From Bacillota bacterium (GTDB lineage: Bacteria; Bacillota; Clostridia; Christensenellales; Borkfalkiaceae), in NCBI GenBank assembly GCA_021768985.1, contig JAETTR010000001.1, forward strand, positions 1 to 45,548: 45,548 nucleotides of DNA. Direction: 5' to 3'. Positions 15,716-23,858 of the stretch are shown piece after piece. The notes under the pieces are model-generated. The model did not search any database and was not told the DNA's origin. It was given only the letters and a program-made list of their open reading frames with translations. The position numbers were made by a program, and so were the translations under genes. Numbering within the stretch: the stretch's first letter is position 1; the number at the start of each line of letters is the position of its first letter.

Positions 15716-17284
15716 TTAAAACAACGGCGCGAACAGCTTCGCCACTTCGCAGATCCCTCGCCACACCACGCTCTTCTTCGCGTCCTCTTCCGTTTGCAGG
15801 GCGCTCTTTGAGAAGGTGTCCTCGAAGTCCGCCTGCAACTGCTCGACCGCTTTGGTTCCGTACATGAACACGGCGTCCTCGAAATGGAAGAGCAAGGAGC
15901 GGTAATCGAGATTGATCGTACCGACCACGCCCACCGTGCCGTCGGCAAGAAACGCCTTTGCGTGCACGAACCCCGGCGTGTATTCGTAGATCTTCACCCC
16001 GCCCTTGATGAGCGCCATGTAGTTCGAACGGGTGAGCGCGAAGGGAATTTTCTTATCGGGCACGTGCGGCGTCACGAGGCGCACGTCCACGCCCCTCGCC
16101 GCGGCGAGCACGAGCGCCTCGCGCATGCGGTAATCGATAATCAGATAAGGCGTCATAATCCAGACGGATTTTCTCGCCGTGTTTAAAATATTGATATAGA
16201 CGTCCTCGCCGACCTGCTTTTCGTAGAGCGGACGCGGACCGTCGCCGTACGGTTGCACGAAGCCCTCGCCCTCGAACCGCTCGAAGCGTTCGGGCAGGAA
16301 CGCCGCGAAATCCTCGTTCGTTTTGTTCTGCAAATTATAAAGGCGCAAAAACATCAGGGTGAGCCCCTTGACCCCTTCGCCTTCCAGCCGCACCGCGGTG
16401 TCCTTCCAATGCCCGAACGGATGCTTCAGATTCACGTATTCGTCGGCAAGATTGATCCCGCCCGTATAGCCGATCCTTCCGTCGATCACCACGATCTTGC
16501 GGTGGTCGCGGTTGTTGTGCACGTTCGTCACGACGGGCACGAACGGATTGAACTTCACGCAATGAATGCCGAACTTGCGCAACGTTTTATGGTAGCGGAA
16601 ATGCACCTTGCCCATGTTGCCGATATCGTCGTACATCACGCGCACGTCTACGCCCGCCTGCGCCTTGCGCTTCAACACCTCTAAAATCTCGCTCCAGAGC
16701 TTTCCCTTCGCAATAATGAAAAATTCGAGGAAGATGAACTTTTCCGCGTTCTCCAGATCGCGGATCAGCGATTGCGCGTAGTCCTCGCCCGAGGAGAAGT
16801 ATTCCGTTTTCGTGCCGCCGTACATCGTAGCGGCGGGGTTCGCCGCCTGCAACGCTTCGCTCACGCCCGCCCATCTGCCCAGCGCCTCTTCCGTCTCCTC
16901 CTTCGAATAGACGCGCGCCGAATGGCACGACGAGCTCTCGTACAACGCGCGGTAACGTTTGCGCCCCCGCTTGGAAGGACGGTTGGAGGAGAACACGATA
17001 TACAACGCTACGCCGATCACGTTCAGCGAAATAATGAAGGTAATCCAGGGCACCTTCGTTTCGGGAATCATATCGCGGTTGGCGGCGTGTAAAACGGTAC
17101 ACACGAGCACCAGCCAGTCCGTCACCGCAACGGCGATTCGGATCGCAAGCTCCGTCTTCGGAAAGAAATAGATGATGACGTAATCAATGAAATAAAACAC
17201 GCCGACGAAGAGCGAAACCATAAACAGGAACATCAGAATGATGGTAAGCGCGACGAACGTGAACCGGCTGAACAGCTTTTTCAA
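15716..17284 (-). CDS. cls: cardiolipin synthase (PLD superfamily, two HKD motifs)
   Basis: N-terminal TM segments. HKD motifs HRKIVVID and HAKAFLAD. TTG start at 17284..17282 lies 7 nt after GGGAGG and overlaps the upstream TGA (TTGA). Confidence 0.85.
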   Translation of the reverse strand: MKKLFSRFTFVALTIILMFLFMVSLFVGVFYFIDYVIIYFFPKTELAIRIAVAVTDWLVLVCTVLHAANRDMIPETKVPWITFIISLNVIGVALYIVFSSNRPSKRGRKRYRALYESSSCHSARVYSKEETEEALGRWAGVSEALQAANPAATMYGGTKTEYFSSGEDYAQSLIRDLENAEKFIFLEFFIIAKGKLWSEILEVLKRKAQAGVDVRVMYDDIGNMGKVHFRYHKTLRKFGIHCVKFNPFVPVVTNVHNNRDHRKIVVIDGRIGYTGGINLADEYVNLKHPFGHWKDTAVRLEGEGVKGLTLMFLRLYNLQNKTNEDFAAFLPERFERFEGEGFVQPYGDGPRPLYEKQVGEDVYINILNTARKSVWIMTPYLIIDYRMREALVLAAARGVDVRLVTPHVPDKKIPFALTRSNYMALIKGGVKIYEYTPGFVHAKAFLADGTVGVVGTINLDYRSLLFHFEDAVFMYGTKAVEQLQADFEDTFSKSALQTEEDAKKSVVWRGICEVAKLFAPLF

Positions 17285-18372
17285 TCTTTGCCTCCCTGAA
17301 TTTTTTCATAGTACCGACAACCGCACGCGAGAATACGAAGGGAAAAGCCCTCTCCCAAGTCCGCCGAAATCGGCGCGTGCAGTCTTTGCAATCCCGCGCA
17401 GACGGAGAATGCGGAGGACGAAATTTTATCCGCGTCCAAACCGCACAGATCGATCTCTTCGATTCCCCCGCAACGGTAGAACGCCTCTTCCGGAATCTCC
17501 CCGCCCGTCACCTTTACGCGCTTTAAAGTTTCGGGCACATAGTACTTGCTCCCGTCCGAAAACAACCAGGCGAGCATTCCGCTGTACCCGCTCCCCGCGG
17601 CGTTCGCGGCGCTCCCGACGAAAGACAGCGTCAGCTCCTCGAGTCCGACGCACGGCAACAGCGCGCCGCGGTCGGCGAAATCGTTGCCGCGTACGACCAC
17701 GGACTTCGCCTTCGGAATCCCCGCGATCAGCCGCTTTCCCCCTACCGTGTCCGCGTATAACGCCCCGTCCGACACCTCGTAGGGCGGACGTGCCTCCGCC
17801 TCTTCGATCTCCGTACCCACGAGCGCGCGATAGGTCAGCTCCCCTTCGGCGCGGACCGACAACCGTTTTACCCCGCACGAGGACAGCATGTCCGAGGTAA
17901 CGCCGCCCGAAAGCAGAACCAGCTCCTCGCCGCGCGCGGTTTTTACGCGTTCCACGCCCTCGCCCGTATAGCGGAACAGCTCCCCCGAATACCAGAGCCT
18001 GTGACGGAACGCCCGCCACAGCGCGGCGCGCTCCAACCGCACCATGTCCGAGGTTGCAACCGAGAGAACCGCGTTCAACCCGCCCGTATCCAGAGCGTGA
18101 TACGCCGAACGGAAGGAATCGGAGGTCGCGACCGTTCCGGACATGCCCCCGCGGAACAGACGGATTCCTTCCGCGGACGAGCCGTCCGCAAGCGCCGCGT
18201 ACGCTTGCCCGTAGTCCTCCCGCGTGACCGTGCCGTCCGCCCATGCGCAATCGTAAAATTCCGCTCCCGCGCCCGCGGCGGTTCCGACGGGAATCAGCAA
18301 AAGCGCCGCCCAGATCACGCAGAAGAGAACGGCGGCGACGGCGGTTATAATCCGTTTCTTCCGCGCGTTCAT
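17281..18372 (-). CDS. membrane-anchored protein with C-terminal BspA-type leucine-rich repeats
   Basis: MNARKKRIITAVAAVLFCVIWAALLLIPV anchor. C-terminal repeats resemble LRR_5 (IPEEAFYRCGGIEEIDL, ISSSAFSVCAGLQRLHAP). The ATG at 18372 overlaps the trmL TGA. The ORF-track N-terminal 112 codons overlap trmL and are rejected. Confidence 0.6.
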   Translation of the reverse strand: MNARKKRIITAVAAVLFCVIWAALLLIPVGTAAGAGAEFYDCAWADGTVTREDYGQAYAALADGSSAEGIRLFRGGMSGTVATSDSFRSAYHALDTGGLNAVLSVATSDMVRLERAALWRAFRHRLWYSGELFRYTGEGVERVKTARGEELVLLSGGVTSDMLSSCGVKRLSVRAEGELTYRALVGTEIEEAEARPPYEVSDGALYADTVGGKRLIAGIPKAKSVVVRGNDFADRGALLPCVGLEELTLSFVGSAANAAGSGYSGMLAWLFSDGSKYYVPETLKRVKVTGGEIPEEAFYRCGGIEEIDLCGLDADKISSSAFSVCAGLQRLHAPISADLGEGFSLRILACGCRYYEKIQGGKD

Positions 18373-18863
18373 TCCCATTTCAGACGGTGCAGTTCGCCCT
18401 CGCCGCACAGTCCTCGGAACCCGTTCTGGCGCAACCCCTCGTACACCGCGATCGCGGCGGAATTGGAGAGATTGAGCGAACGGCTCTCCGCGATCATGGG
18501 AATGCGCACGCATTCGTCGGGGTGGCGGATCAGGAGCTCTTCTGGAAGTCCGCGGGTCTCCTTGCCGAACACGAGAAAATCCCCCGCGCGGTACTCCGCT
18601 TCGGCGCACGTCTTGCGCGCCTTCGTCGTGAAAAAGAAAAATCGCGCTTCGGGAAATTTCTCGAAAATTTCTCCGAGCGAATCGTGCACGGTCACCTTGA
18701 CGAGATGCCAATAGTCGAGCCCCGCGCGCTTTAACTGTTTATCCGAAATTTCGAACCCGAGCGGACGGACGAGATGTAGCTCGCAGCCCGTCGCCGCGCA
18801 GGTGCGGGCGATATTCCCCGTATTCTGCGGGATCTCCGGTTCGACTAATACGACGTGAAACAT
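18369..18863 (-). CDS. trmL: tRNA (cytidine/uridine-2'-O-)-methyltransferase TrmL (SpoU/TrmH family)
   Basis: MFHVVLVEPEIPQNTGNIARTCAATGCELHLVRPLGF...LNLSNSAAIAVYE is the typical TrmL pattern. Confidence 0.85.
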   Translation of the reverse strand: MFHVVLVEPEIPQNTGNIARTCAATGCELHLVRPLGFEISDKQLKRAGLDYWHLVKVTVHDSLGEIFEKFPEARFFFFTTKARKTCAEAEYRAGDFLVFGKETRGLPEELLIRHPDECVRIPMIAESRSLNLSNSAAIAVYEGLRQNGFRGLCGEGELHRLKWE

Positions 18864-18905
18864 GAACGCTTCCTTTCCTTACAGTACTGAACAATTTACC
18901 CGTAT

Positions 18906-18934
18906 ATTGTAGCTTGTTTTTGTAAATTTTGCAA
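18906..18934 (-). promoter_or_regulatory. sigma-A type promoter for trmL-LRR-cls
   Basis: Minus strand reads TTGCAA (18934..18929), a 17-nt spacer, then TACAAT (18911..18906). Confidence 0.55.
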
Positions 18935-18947
18935 GAAGTTTCAGGCG

Positions 18948-18984
18948 TTTTATAAAATTTCACACATGGTGAAATTTTATAAAA
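18948..18984. repeat. perfect 16-bp + 16-bp inverted repeat with 5-nt centre, between divergent promoters
   Basis: TTTTATAAAATTTCAC acatg GTGAAATTTTATAAAA, verified base by base. It sits 13 nt from the trmL -35 and 5 nt from the plus-strand -35. Confidence 0.9.
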
Positions 18985-18989
18985 TTCAC

Positions 18990-19018
18990 TTGACAATCCG
19001 AAATAGATGACTTATAAT
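18990..19018 (+). promoter_or_regulatory. perfect-consensus sigma-A promoter on the plus strand with no downstream ORF
   Basis: TTGACA (18990..18995), a 17-nt spacer, then TATAAT (19013..19018). Confidence 0.55.
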
Positions 19019-19024
19019 GAGATT

Positions 19025-19160
19025 GTCCGAAGGAGATCCGGACCTGAAAATCGCCTATACCAAACCCATATTTTTTCTCATTATAAAGCCGAGCAGTTTT
19101 TTGCTCGGCTTTATAAGCACAATGAAAACGACCGCCCCGCGGGGCGGTCGTTTTATATTA
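19025..19160 (+). ncRNA. candidate small RNA (about 135 nt) from the orphan promoter to the bidirectional terminator
   Basis: No ATG-initiated ORF. Contains hairpins GTCCG/CGGAC (19026..19044) and a perfect 14-bp stem TATAAAGCCGAGCA/TGCTCGGCTTTATA (19082..19115). It ends at the GC-rich hairpin plus TTTTATATT. No known family recognised. Confidence 0.3.
19125..19154. terminator. bidirectional rho-independent terminator (ends ypeB on the minus strand)
   Basis: AAAACGACCGCCCC / GGGGCGGTCGTTTT, with T-runs on both strands. It lies 12 nt after the ypeB stop. Confidence 0.8.
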
Positions 19161-19165
19161 CAAGC

Positions 19166-21172
19166 TTATCTCAAATAGCTTCCTCTCGCGCTGTTGCGTA
19201 CGCGGAACACCTGCACTTCCTCGCCCGAGTTCGCGTCGAGATAGATCATATACTGCTCGTTGTCGAACTTGCAGAAGAACTCGTAGCAGAGCACTTCGTT
19301 GCCGTCCACGGGAATGACCGCAAGGTTCCCCTTCTCCGTTTCCACGTAAGCGGTCACCAATTTGCGGGCTTCCGCTTCGCTCATGGCGGGCTCTGCCTGC
19401 GCGCCGCTGCCGCGGTTGAGCAGATACCCTCTCGCTTCGATCCCGACGACTCTGCCCTTCGATTCGCAGACGCGCACCCGAATCATTTCGGGATAGGAGC
19501 GCACGCCGCCGCGGTTGCTCACGTACGTGATGTCCGCAACCATGCCCGCGTCGGAGAGCCAGACCGCTTCCACGTGCTTGACGCCGATGCTTTCCAGAAA
19601 TTCGCGCGCAAGCTTGTCGCAGGTCTGAAGCTCGAAGTTCTTTTCGGTGCAGACCTCGTAGGTGTCGAAGAACGCGAGCTTGCCGCCGTTCTTGGTGATC
19701 TGCGCGTAAATTTCCACGCCGTTTTCATCGGTGAGCACGAAGTTGTAGCAAGCGATATCCTTCGCCGCGGTTTCGCCCGTGTAGGTTACGTCCTTGATAT
19801 GATACCCGTTCAGATATCCGCGCACAAGCTCTTCCGCTTTCGCCGCCGTCACTTCCGGAAGCTTCGCGAGCTTGTTTTCGCCCACGTTGCCCTCGCCCGA
19901 GAAGGGCGCGTCCACGATGTCCTCCGGCTCTTCCTTGGTCGTCTGACCCATTTCGCCGAACTTCTGCGAAACGCTGCCTTCGGCGCCCTTTAAGAACTGA
20001 CGGAACTGAGCCGCCGTCATGTTCACGGCAAGGTCGTTGAGTTCGTTATACAGCTTGCCGTTCACCTGATACAGATAGGAAATCGTGTTCTTCTCCGTTT
20101 CGGTCAGCTGATTGCCCGCGGCGATCTTCGCAAGCAAAGTGCGCGCGTAGCTGCCCGTCTTGTTCACGAACGCGGAGATATCCGTGCCCGTCGCCGCGTC
20201 TACGGGAATGCGCTCGAGCGCGCTTTCCAGAAGAGCGCTGTCCACGAGAATTTCGGTGAGCAGCTTGCGCTGTTCGTTCTTGCCCGAAGATACCCGCAGC
20301 TTGGCGAGATTGTTGTCGAGATCCTCCGAAACGGAAACCATTTCATAGAGGGTGGAACGGTAACCGTTCTCCGCCGTCATGTTCATGTCGTTCATGCGGA
20401 ACCCGCCCGCCGTAACCACGGTGGCGAGCGCGAGGCAGGCAACGCCCAGCGAGATCACCGCCGCAAGCCAGCCGCCGAAGCCCGGCGCGTGCTTTCTGCG
20501 CTCCGTCTTGTTGGCGCGCTTGTCCTTCTTGTCCTCCGCCTTGCGCGCCCGCGCCGCTTCGCGCGCCTTCATCTTATTCTCGCGCGCCTTGTCGCGGGAA
20601 TCCCGCTTCTGGCGTTTGAGCGCGATCCGCTCCTTCTTTTCGCGTTCGAGCCGCTTCCGCTTTTCCGCTTTGCTTTCGTTTTTCAGCATTTCGCGGCGGG
20701 CGTTCTTTTCCGCGCGGCGTTCGATCTTCTTTTCCTTGATCGCCGCCTTTTTGTCGAGCTTGCTCTGCTTGCGCTCCGCGCGCTTTTTCGCGAGCATTTC
20801 CTTCTTCGCGAGCTTCTTCTCCTGCAAACGCGCCTTCTTTTCGAGCTTGGCTTGTTTGAGCTCCGCGCGCTTCAACAGCTTCTTTTCCTTCTTTTCCGCC
20901 TTGGCTTTCGCCGCTTCGAGCCGTTTTTCCGCGGCGGCTTTTTCCTTCTTCTCCGCTTTCCGCACGCGCTGATCCGCCTTGCTCTCCGTCTTGCGGACGG
21001 GCTTTTCGGATTTCTTCGCCGTCGTTTTCTTGGCGGCGGTCTTTTTCGCGGCGGTCGTTTTCTTGGCGGGCTTCGCCGTGCCGGACGCTTCCGCCGCGAG
21101 CTCGTTCTTCTTCGCCGTACGTTCTACCTTTTCCGCGCCGCTCGATACGTTTTTACCGATTTTCTTTTCCAT
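19166..21172 (-). CDS. ypeB: germination protein YpeB homolog with a long Lys/Glu/Ala-rich N-terminal extension
   Basis: TM anchor at about aa 231-258. A YpeB-like region follows (NGYRSTLYEMVSVSEDLDNNLAKLRV...), then C-terminal PepSY-like repeats. It lies 9 nt downstream of sleB. Residues 1-230 are low-complexity K/E/A/R. Confidence 0.8.
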   Translation of the reverse strand: MEKKIGKNVSSGAEKVERTAKKNELAAEASGTAKPAKKTTAAKKTAAKKTTAKKSEKPVRKTESKADQRVRKAEKKEKAAAEKRLEAAKAKAEKKEKKLLKRAELKQAKLEKKARLQEKKLAKKEMLAKKRAERKQSKLDKKAAIKEKKIERRAEKNARREMLKNESKAEKRKRLEREKKERIALKRQKRDSRDKARENKMKAREAARARKAEDKKDKRANKTERRKHAPGFGGWLAAVISLGVACLALATVVTAGGFRMNDMNMTAENGYRSTLYEMVSVSEDLDNNLAKLRVSSGKNEQRKLLTEILVDSALLESALERIPVDAATGTDISAFVNKTGSYARTLLAKIAAGNQLTETEKNTISYLYQVNGKLYNELNDLAVNMTAAQFRQFLKGAEGSVSQKFGEMGQTTKEEPEDIVDAPFSGEGNVGENKLAKLPEVTAAKAEELVRGYLNGYHIKDVTYTGETAAKDIACYNFVLTDENGVEIYAQITKNGGKLAFFDTYEVCTEKNFELQTCDKLAREFLESIGVKHVEAVWLSDAGMVADITYVSNRGGVRSYPEMIRVRVCESKGRVVGIEARGYLLNRGSGAQAEPAMSEAEARKLVTAYVETEKGNLAVIPVDGNEVLCYEFFCKFDNEQYMIYLDANSGEEVQVFRVRNSARGSYLR

Positions 21173-21181
21173 ATCTCCTCC

Positions 21182-21949
21182 TTAAATGGCAAACACGTGC
21201 TTGCCGATTACCGTCACCGTCTGACGGTTGAATATCCAGGCGCTCGTCGCAACGGCGGGGTTGTAATAGTACAGACACCCGTAAGTGGGATCCCAGCCGT
21301 TCATGGCGTCGCGCGCCGCGTCGTACGCGGTCTGATTGGGTTCGAGATTGATCTGCCCGTCCGCCACCGCGGTGAACGCGCCCTTCTGATAGACGACGCC
21401 CGCGATCGTGTTCGGGAAAGACGAACTGCGCACGCGGTTCATGATGACCGCGCCGATCGCCACTTGACCCGTGTAGCTCTCCCCTCTGCCTTCGGCGTAA
21501 ATCGTCTTTGCCATCAGGTACAGATCGGACGAGGTATAATTGGAACTCCCCGTATTCGACGACCCGTTCGGCGTTTTGTTTCCGCTGTTTCCCTTATCGA
21601 GCGCATTATACGAATCGTTCATGCCGAGCGCCGCGTAAGTCGCTTTGCCCACGACGCCGTCCGCCGTCAACCCGTTCTTTTTCTGGAAAGCGATCACCGC
21701 CTTTTTGGTGCCCGAGCCGAAGATTCCGTCTACCGCGCCCGAATAGTAACCCCATTGTTTCAATCTGCGCTGAACTTCCTTCACTTCGCCGCCCGAACTT
21801 CCCTGACGGAGAACGGCGGCGTCTACGACGAGTTCCAGCGCCGTATCGGTTACGTCCTGCGTATGCGCCGCGCCCGTTACCGCGACGCCTGCCGCCACGG
21901 AAGCCGCGACCGCAACGCTCAACGCACCGATTGCCAAAAACTTCTTCAT
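21182..21949 (-). CDS. sleB: spore cortex-lytic enzyme SleB (PG-binding domain plus Hydrolase_2 domain)
   Basis: Signal peptide. PG_binding_1 region ([29 protein letters not shown]). SleB catalytic domain ([27 protein letters not shown]...[12 protein letters not shown]). Confidence 0.85.
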   Translation of the reverse strand: MKKFLAIGALSVAVAASVAAGVAVTGAAHTQDVTDTALELVVDAAVLRQGSSGGEVKEVQRRLKQWGYYSGAVDGIFGSGTKKAVIAFQKKNGLTADGVVGKATYAALGMNDSYNALDKGNSGNKTPNGSSNTGSSNYTSSDLYLMAKTIYAEGRGESYTGQVAIGAVIMNRVRSSSFPNTIAGVVYQKGAFTAVADGQINLEPNQTAYDAARDAMNGWDPTYGCLYYYNPAVATSAWIFNRQTVTVIGKHVFAI

Positions 21950-21965
21950 AATTTCCTCCTATGCG

Positions 21966-21994
21966 TAATGTGCGCAACGGAAAAAATATTATGC
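21966..21994 (-). promoter_or_regulatory. forespore sigma-G/F-like promoter upstream of sleB-ypeB
   Basis: Minus strand reads GCATA (21994..21990), a 17-nt spacer, then CACATTA (21972..21966). This fits GHATR-17/18-CAHWHTA. Confidence 0.45.
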
Positions 21995-22009
21995 GGGAGA
22001 AAAAGAAAA

Positions 22010-22861
22010 TTATCGCATCGCGGCTTCGATTACCCCGCCGATATCGGCGTCAATGCAGACCGATTGCTTTTCGATCTGCGGCGGACAGAACGCTTCGCCG
22101 TAATTGACGCACGCGTAGACCGCCTTCGGATTTTTCGCGGCGAACCGCCAGAACGGATACTTGATCACGGCGGGCGTGTTGCCCCCGACGCCGAGTTCCA
22201 AATACAGAACCCGCCCCGTTCGGTGCGCCCGTAAAAACGCTTCGTACCGTTCGCACGCCCGATTCCAGCCTTCGTCCTGCACGAACTTGTCGTCGCAACG
22301 CAGGTTCACCGTCACGGGCTTGCCGCACACGGGGCAAACAGGGATCAGCTCCGATGGGATTTTCATGTCCTTTTGCTCCGCAACCATGCGGCGGATCAAC
22401 GCTTCGTTGTCGTAAGTTTTTTCGTGACAGGGCACGGAGCATTGGAACAAGCCGTAATCGCCCTGCGTATAGAACAGACGGCTTTTGTCGAACCCCGCTC
22501 TTTGAAAACAGTGATCCACGTTCGTCGTGACGACGAAATAGTCCTTATCTTTTACGAGCGCGTAAAGGGAATCGTAGACGGGCTTCGGCGGTTCCGTATA
22601 ACGGTTATAATAAATTTGCCGCGACCACCACGCCCAATACGCTTCCAACGACGGAAACGGATAAAAGCCGCCCGAATACATATCGCCGATCCCGTATTTT
22701 TCGTGAAAATCGGAAAAGTACCGCAAGAACCTTTCCCCGCCGTAAGCGTAACCTGCGGAAGCGGAAAGCCCCGCGCCCGCGCCGATCAGAACGGCGTCCG
22801 CGTGATCCAGCGCCGTTTTGAGCCGTTTGATTTCCTCCGCGTAATTTTGCGTAAAATTCAT
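22010..22861 (-). CDS. divergent Sir2-family (sirtuin-like) protein
   Basis: 283 aa. Contains GAGAGLSASAG, TTNVD and a CPVCG zinc-ribbon element. The ATG at 22861 follows AGGAG. The ORF-track N-terminal 68 codons are rejected because they run through a terminator hairpin. Confidence 0.65.
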   Translation of the reverse strand: MNFTQNYAEEIKRLKTALDHADAVLIGAGAGLSASAGYAYGGERFLRYFSDFHEKYGIGDMYSGGFYPFPSLEAYWAWWSRQIYYNRYTEPPKPVYDSLYALVKDKDYFVVTTNVDHCFQRAGFDKSRLFYTQGDYGLFQCSVPCHEKTYDNEALIRRMVAEQKDMKIPSELIPVCPVCGKPVTVNLRCDDKFVQDEGWNRACERYEAFLRAHRTGRVLYLELGVGGNTPAVIKYPFWRFAAKNPKAVYACVNYGEAFCPPQIEKQSVCIDADIGGVIEAAMR

Positions 22862-22883
22862 ATCCGTACTCCTGTGCGTTTGA

Positions 22884-22921
22884 TGATAAAACGCGCAATC
22901 GGGTTGCCGATTGCGCGTTTT
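22884..22921 (-). terminator. rho-independent terminator after the cupin gene
   Basis: 15-bp stem AAAACGCGCAATCGG / CCGATTGCGCGTTTT (22888..22921), followed on the minus strand by TTTTATCATC. Confidence 0.75.
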
Positions 22922-22932
22922 GTTCCGTCGGA

Positions 22933-23286
22933 TCAATATACGACGGCGTCGGTCATCGTGAATCCTTCCAATGAATTCTCTTTTACCTGAATGCAGAGAT
23001 AGCGCAACTCGGCGCGATCGGAAGCAAAGAATTGCCGTTTCGCCGCGGGCGCGATCTTCAACCAATCGCCCGCCTTTAAGCTCACCCGTTCGCCGTCGAT
23101 CACGGCAACGCCCTCGCCGCCTAAAATCCCGTAAATTTCTTCGTTCTGCTTATGCGCGTGAACGAACGGAACGCTCGCGCCCGCAGGCAACGCATTCACG
23201 CTGATCTCCGCTCCCGTGAGCGCAAGCCGATCGTGCAGTTCGACCCGCGCCTCTTCCGCAATGCTCGTCTTTGTAAAATTGTTCAT
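22933..23286 (-). CDS. cupin-domain protein
   Basis: 117 aa. FVHAHKQNEEIYGILGGEGVAVIDGERVSLKAGDWLKIAP is the cupin two-motif pattern. The ATG at 23286 follows GGAGGA. It is divergent from hxlR. Confidence 0.7.
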   Translation of the reverse strand: MNNFTKTSIAEEARVELHDRLALTGAEISVNALPAGASVPFVHAHKQNEEIYGILGGEGVAVIDGERVSLKAGDWLKIAPAAKRQFFASDRAELRYLCIQVKENSLEGFTMTDAVVY

Positions 23287-23375
23287 AATAATATCCTCCG
23301 AAAAATTTAATTTATTTTCGCAACCTTTCCGGTTACGCCCGAAGTATAACAAAGAAAAAGACGGATTGCAAGAAC

Positions 23376-23410
23376 GTTACTTTTCTATTACCGGATAATA
23401 GATTTGTAAC
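23376..23410. promoter_or_regulatory. imperfect palindrome, candidate HxlR operator in the cupin/hxlR divergent region
   Basis: GTTAC-TTTT-CTATTA-CCGGA-TAATAG-ATTT-GTAAC. 12 of 15 arm positions are complementary. Confidence 0.4.
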
Positions 23411-23430
23411 TAAGTTTCTTTTTTGAACCA

Positions 23431-23459
23431 TTGACATTCTGCCGCAAGCGTGGTATAAT
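23431..23459 (+). promoter_or_regulatory. sigma-A type promoter for hxlR
   Basis: TTGACA (23431..23436), a 17-nt spacer ending in TGG, then TATAAT (23454..23459). Confidence 0.6.
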
Positions 23460-23483
23460 ACGAAAAAAAGGAGCGTATCGATT

Positions 23484-23810
23484 ATGCTGACGAAAGAAGA
23501 ACTGCCCGAATGCCCCGTGGCGACCACCGTACAACTGATCGGCAACAAGTGGAAATTGCTGATTCTGCGCAACCTGATTTACAACGGAACGCAGAGGTTC
23601 GGCGATTTTATCAAATCCATTCCGGGTATCAGCAAAAAGGTTCTGACCGACGACTTGCGCGCGCTGGAAAACGACGGCATTATCGAACGGGAAGTGTTTG
23701 CCGAGGTTCCGCCGCGCGTGGAATATTCTCTGTCGCCGCTCGGAAAAACGTTAAAGCCCGTGCTCGACGCGATGTTCGATTGGGGAACCGATTACAAAAA
23801 GAATTTATAA
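23484..23810 (+). CDS. HxlR-family (MarR-like winged helix) transcriptional regulator
   Basis: CPVATTVQLIGNKWKLLILRNL...RFGDF...ISKKVLTDDLRALENDGIIEREVFAEVPPRVEYSLSPLG is the canonical HxlR signature. Confidence 0.9.
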   Translation: MLTKEELPECPVATTVQLIGNKWKLLILRNLIYNGTQRFGDFIKSIPGISKKVLTDDLRALENDGIIEREVFAEVPPRVEYSLSPLGKTLKPVLDAMFDWGTDYKKNL

Positions 23811-23822
23811 GAAAGCGTAACG

Positions 23823-23858
23823 AAAAGCTCCCGCGCGGATTGCGCGGGAGCTTTTCGA
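23823..23858 (+). terminator. rho-independent terminator after hxlR
   Basis: AAAAGCTCCCGCGC / GCGCGGGAGCTTTT stem with a 5-nt loop, followed by TTTTCG. Confidence 0.75.

Noticed and set aside
19044-19178. CTG-initiated 44-codon hydrophobic peptide, 7 nt after AAGGAG, in the candidate sRNA region (a possible type I toxin)
   Set aside because: It needs a rare CTG start. It reads through both hairpins, including the ypeB terminator, and overlaps the ypeB stop. It is kept only as a caveat to the sRNA finding.
20483-21172. Repetitive DNA that could be mistaken for a tandem repeat or CRISPR-like array
   Set aside because: There are no unit-length direct repeats or spacers. The periodicity comes from AAG/GAA/GCG codon reiteration inside an open reading frame.
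20489-22234. 581-aa plus-strand ORF, and the 197-aa Phe/Ser/Ala-rich ORF at 20379..20972
   Set aside because: Both are antisense to ypeB and sleB. The repetitive FFS/LLF peptide is simply the complement of the Lys/Glu codon repeats of the YpeB extension.
22010-22861. Sir2 gene as an anti-phage defence system (Thoeris/DSR/SIR2-HerA-like)
   Set aside because: The protein is a small single-domain one. There is no TIR, HerA, pAgo, helicase or other partner gene. Its flanks are spore and housekeeping genes, with no island hallmarks.
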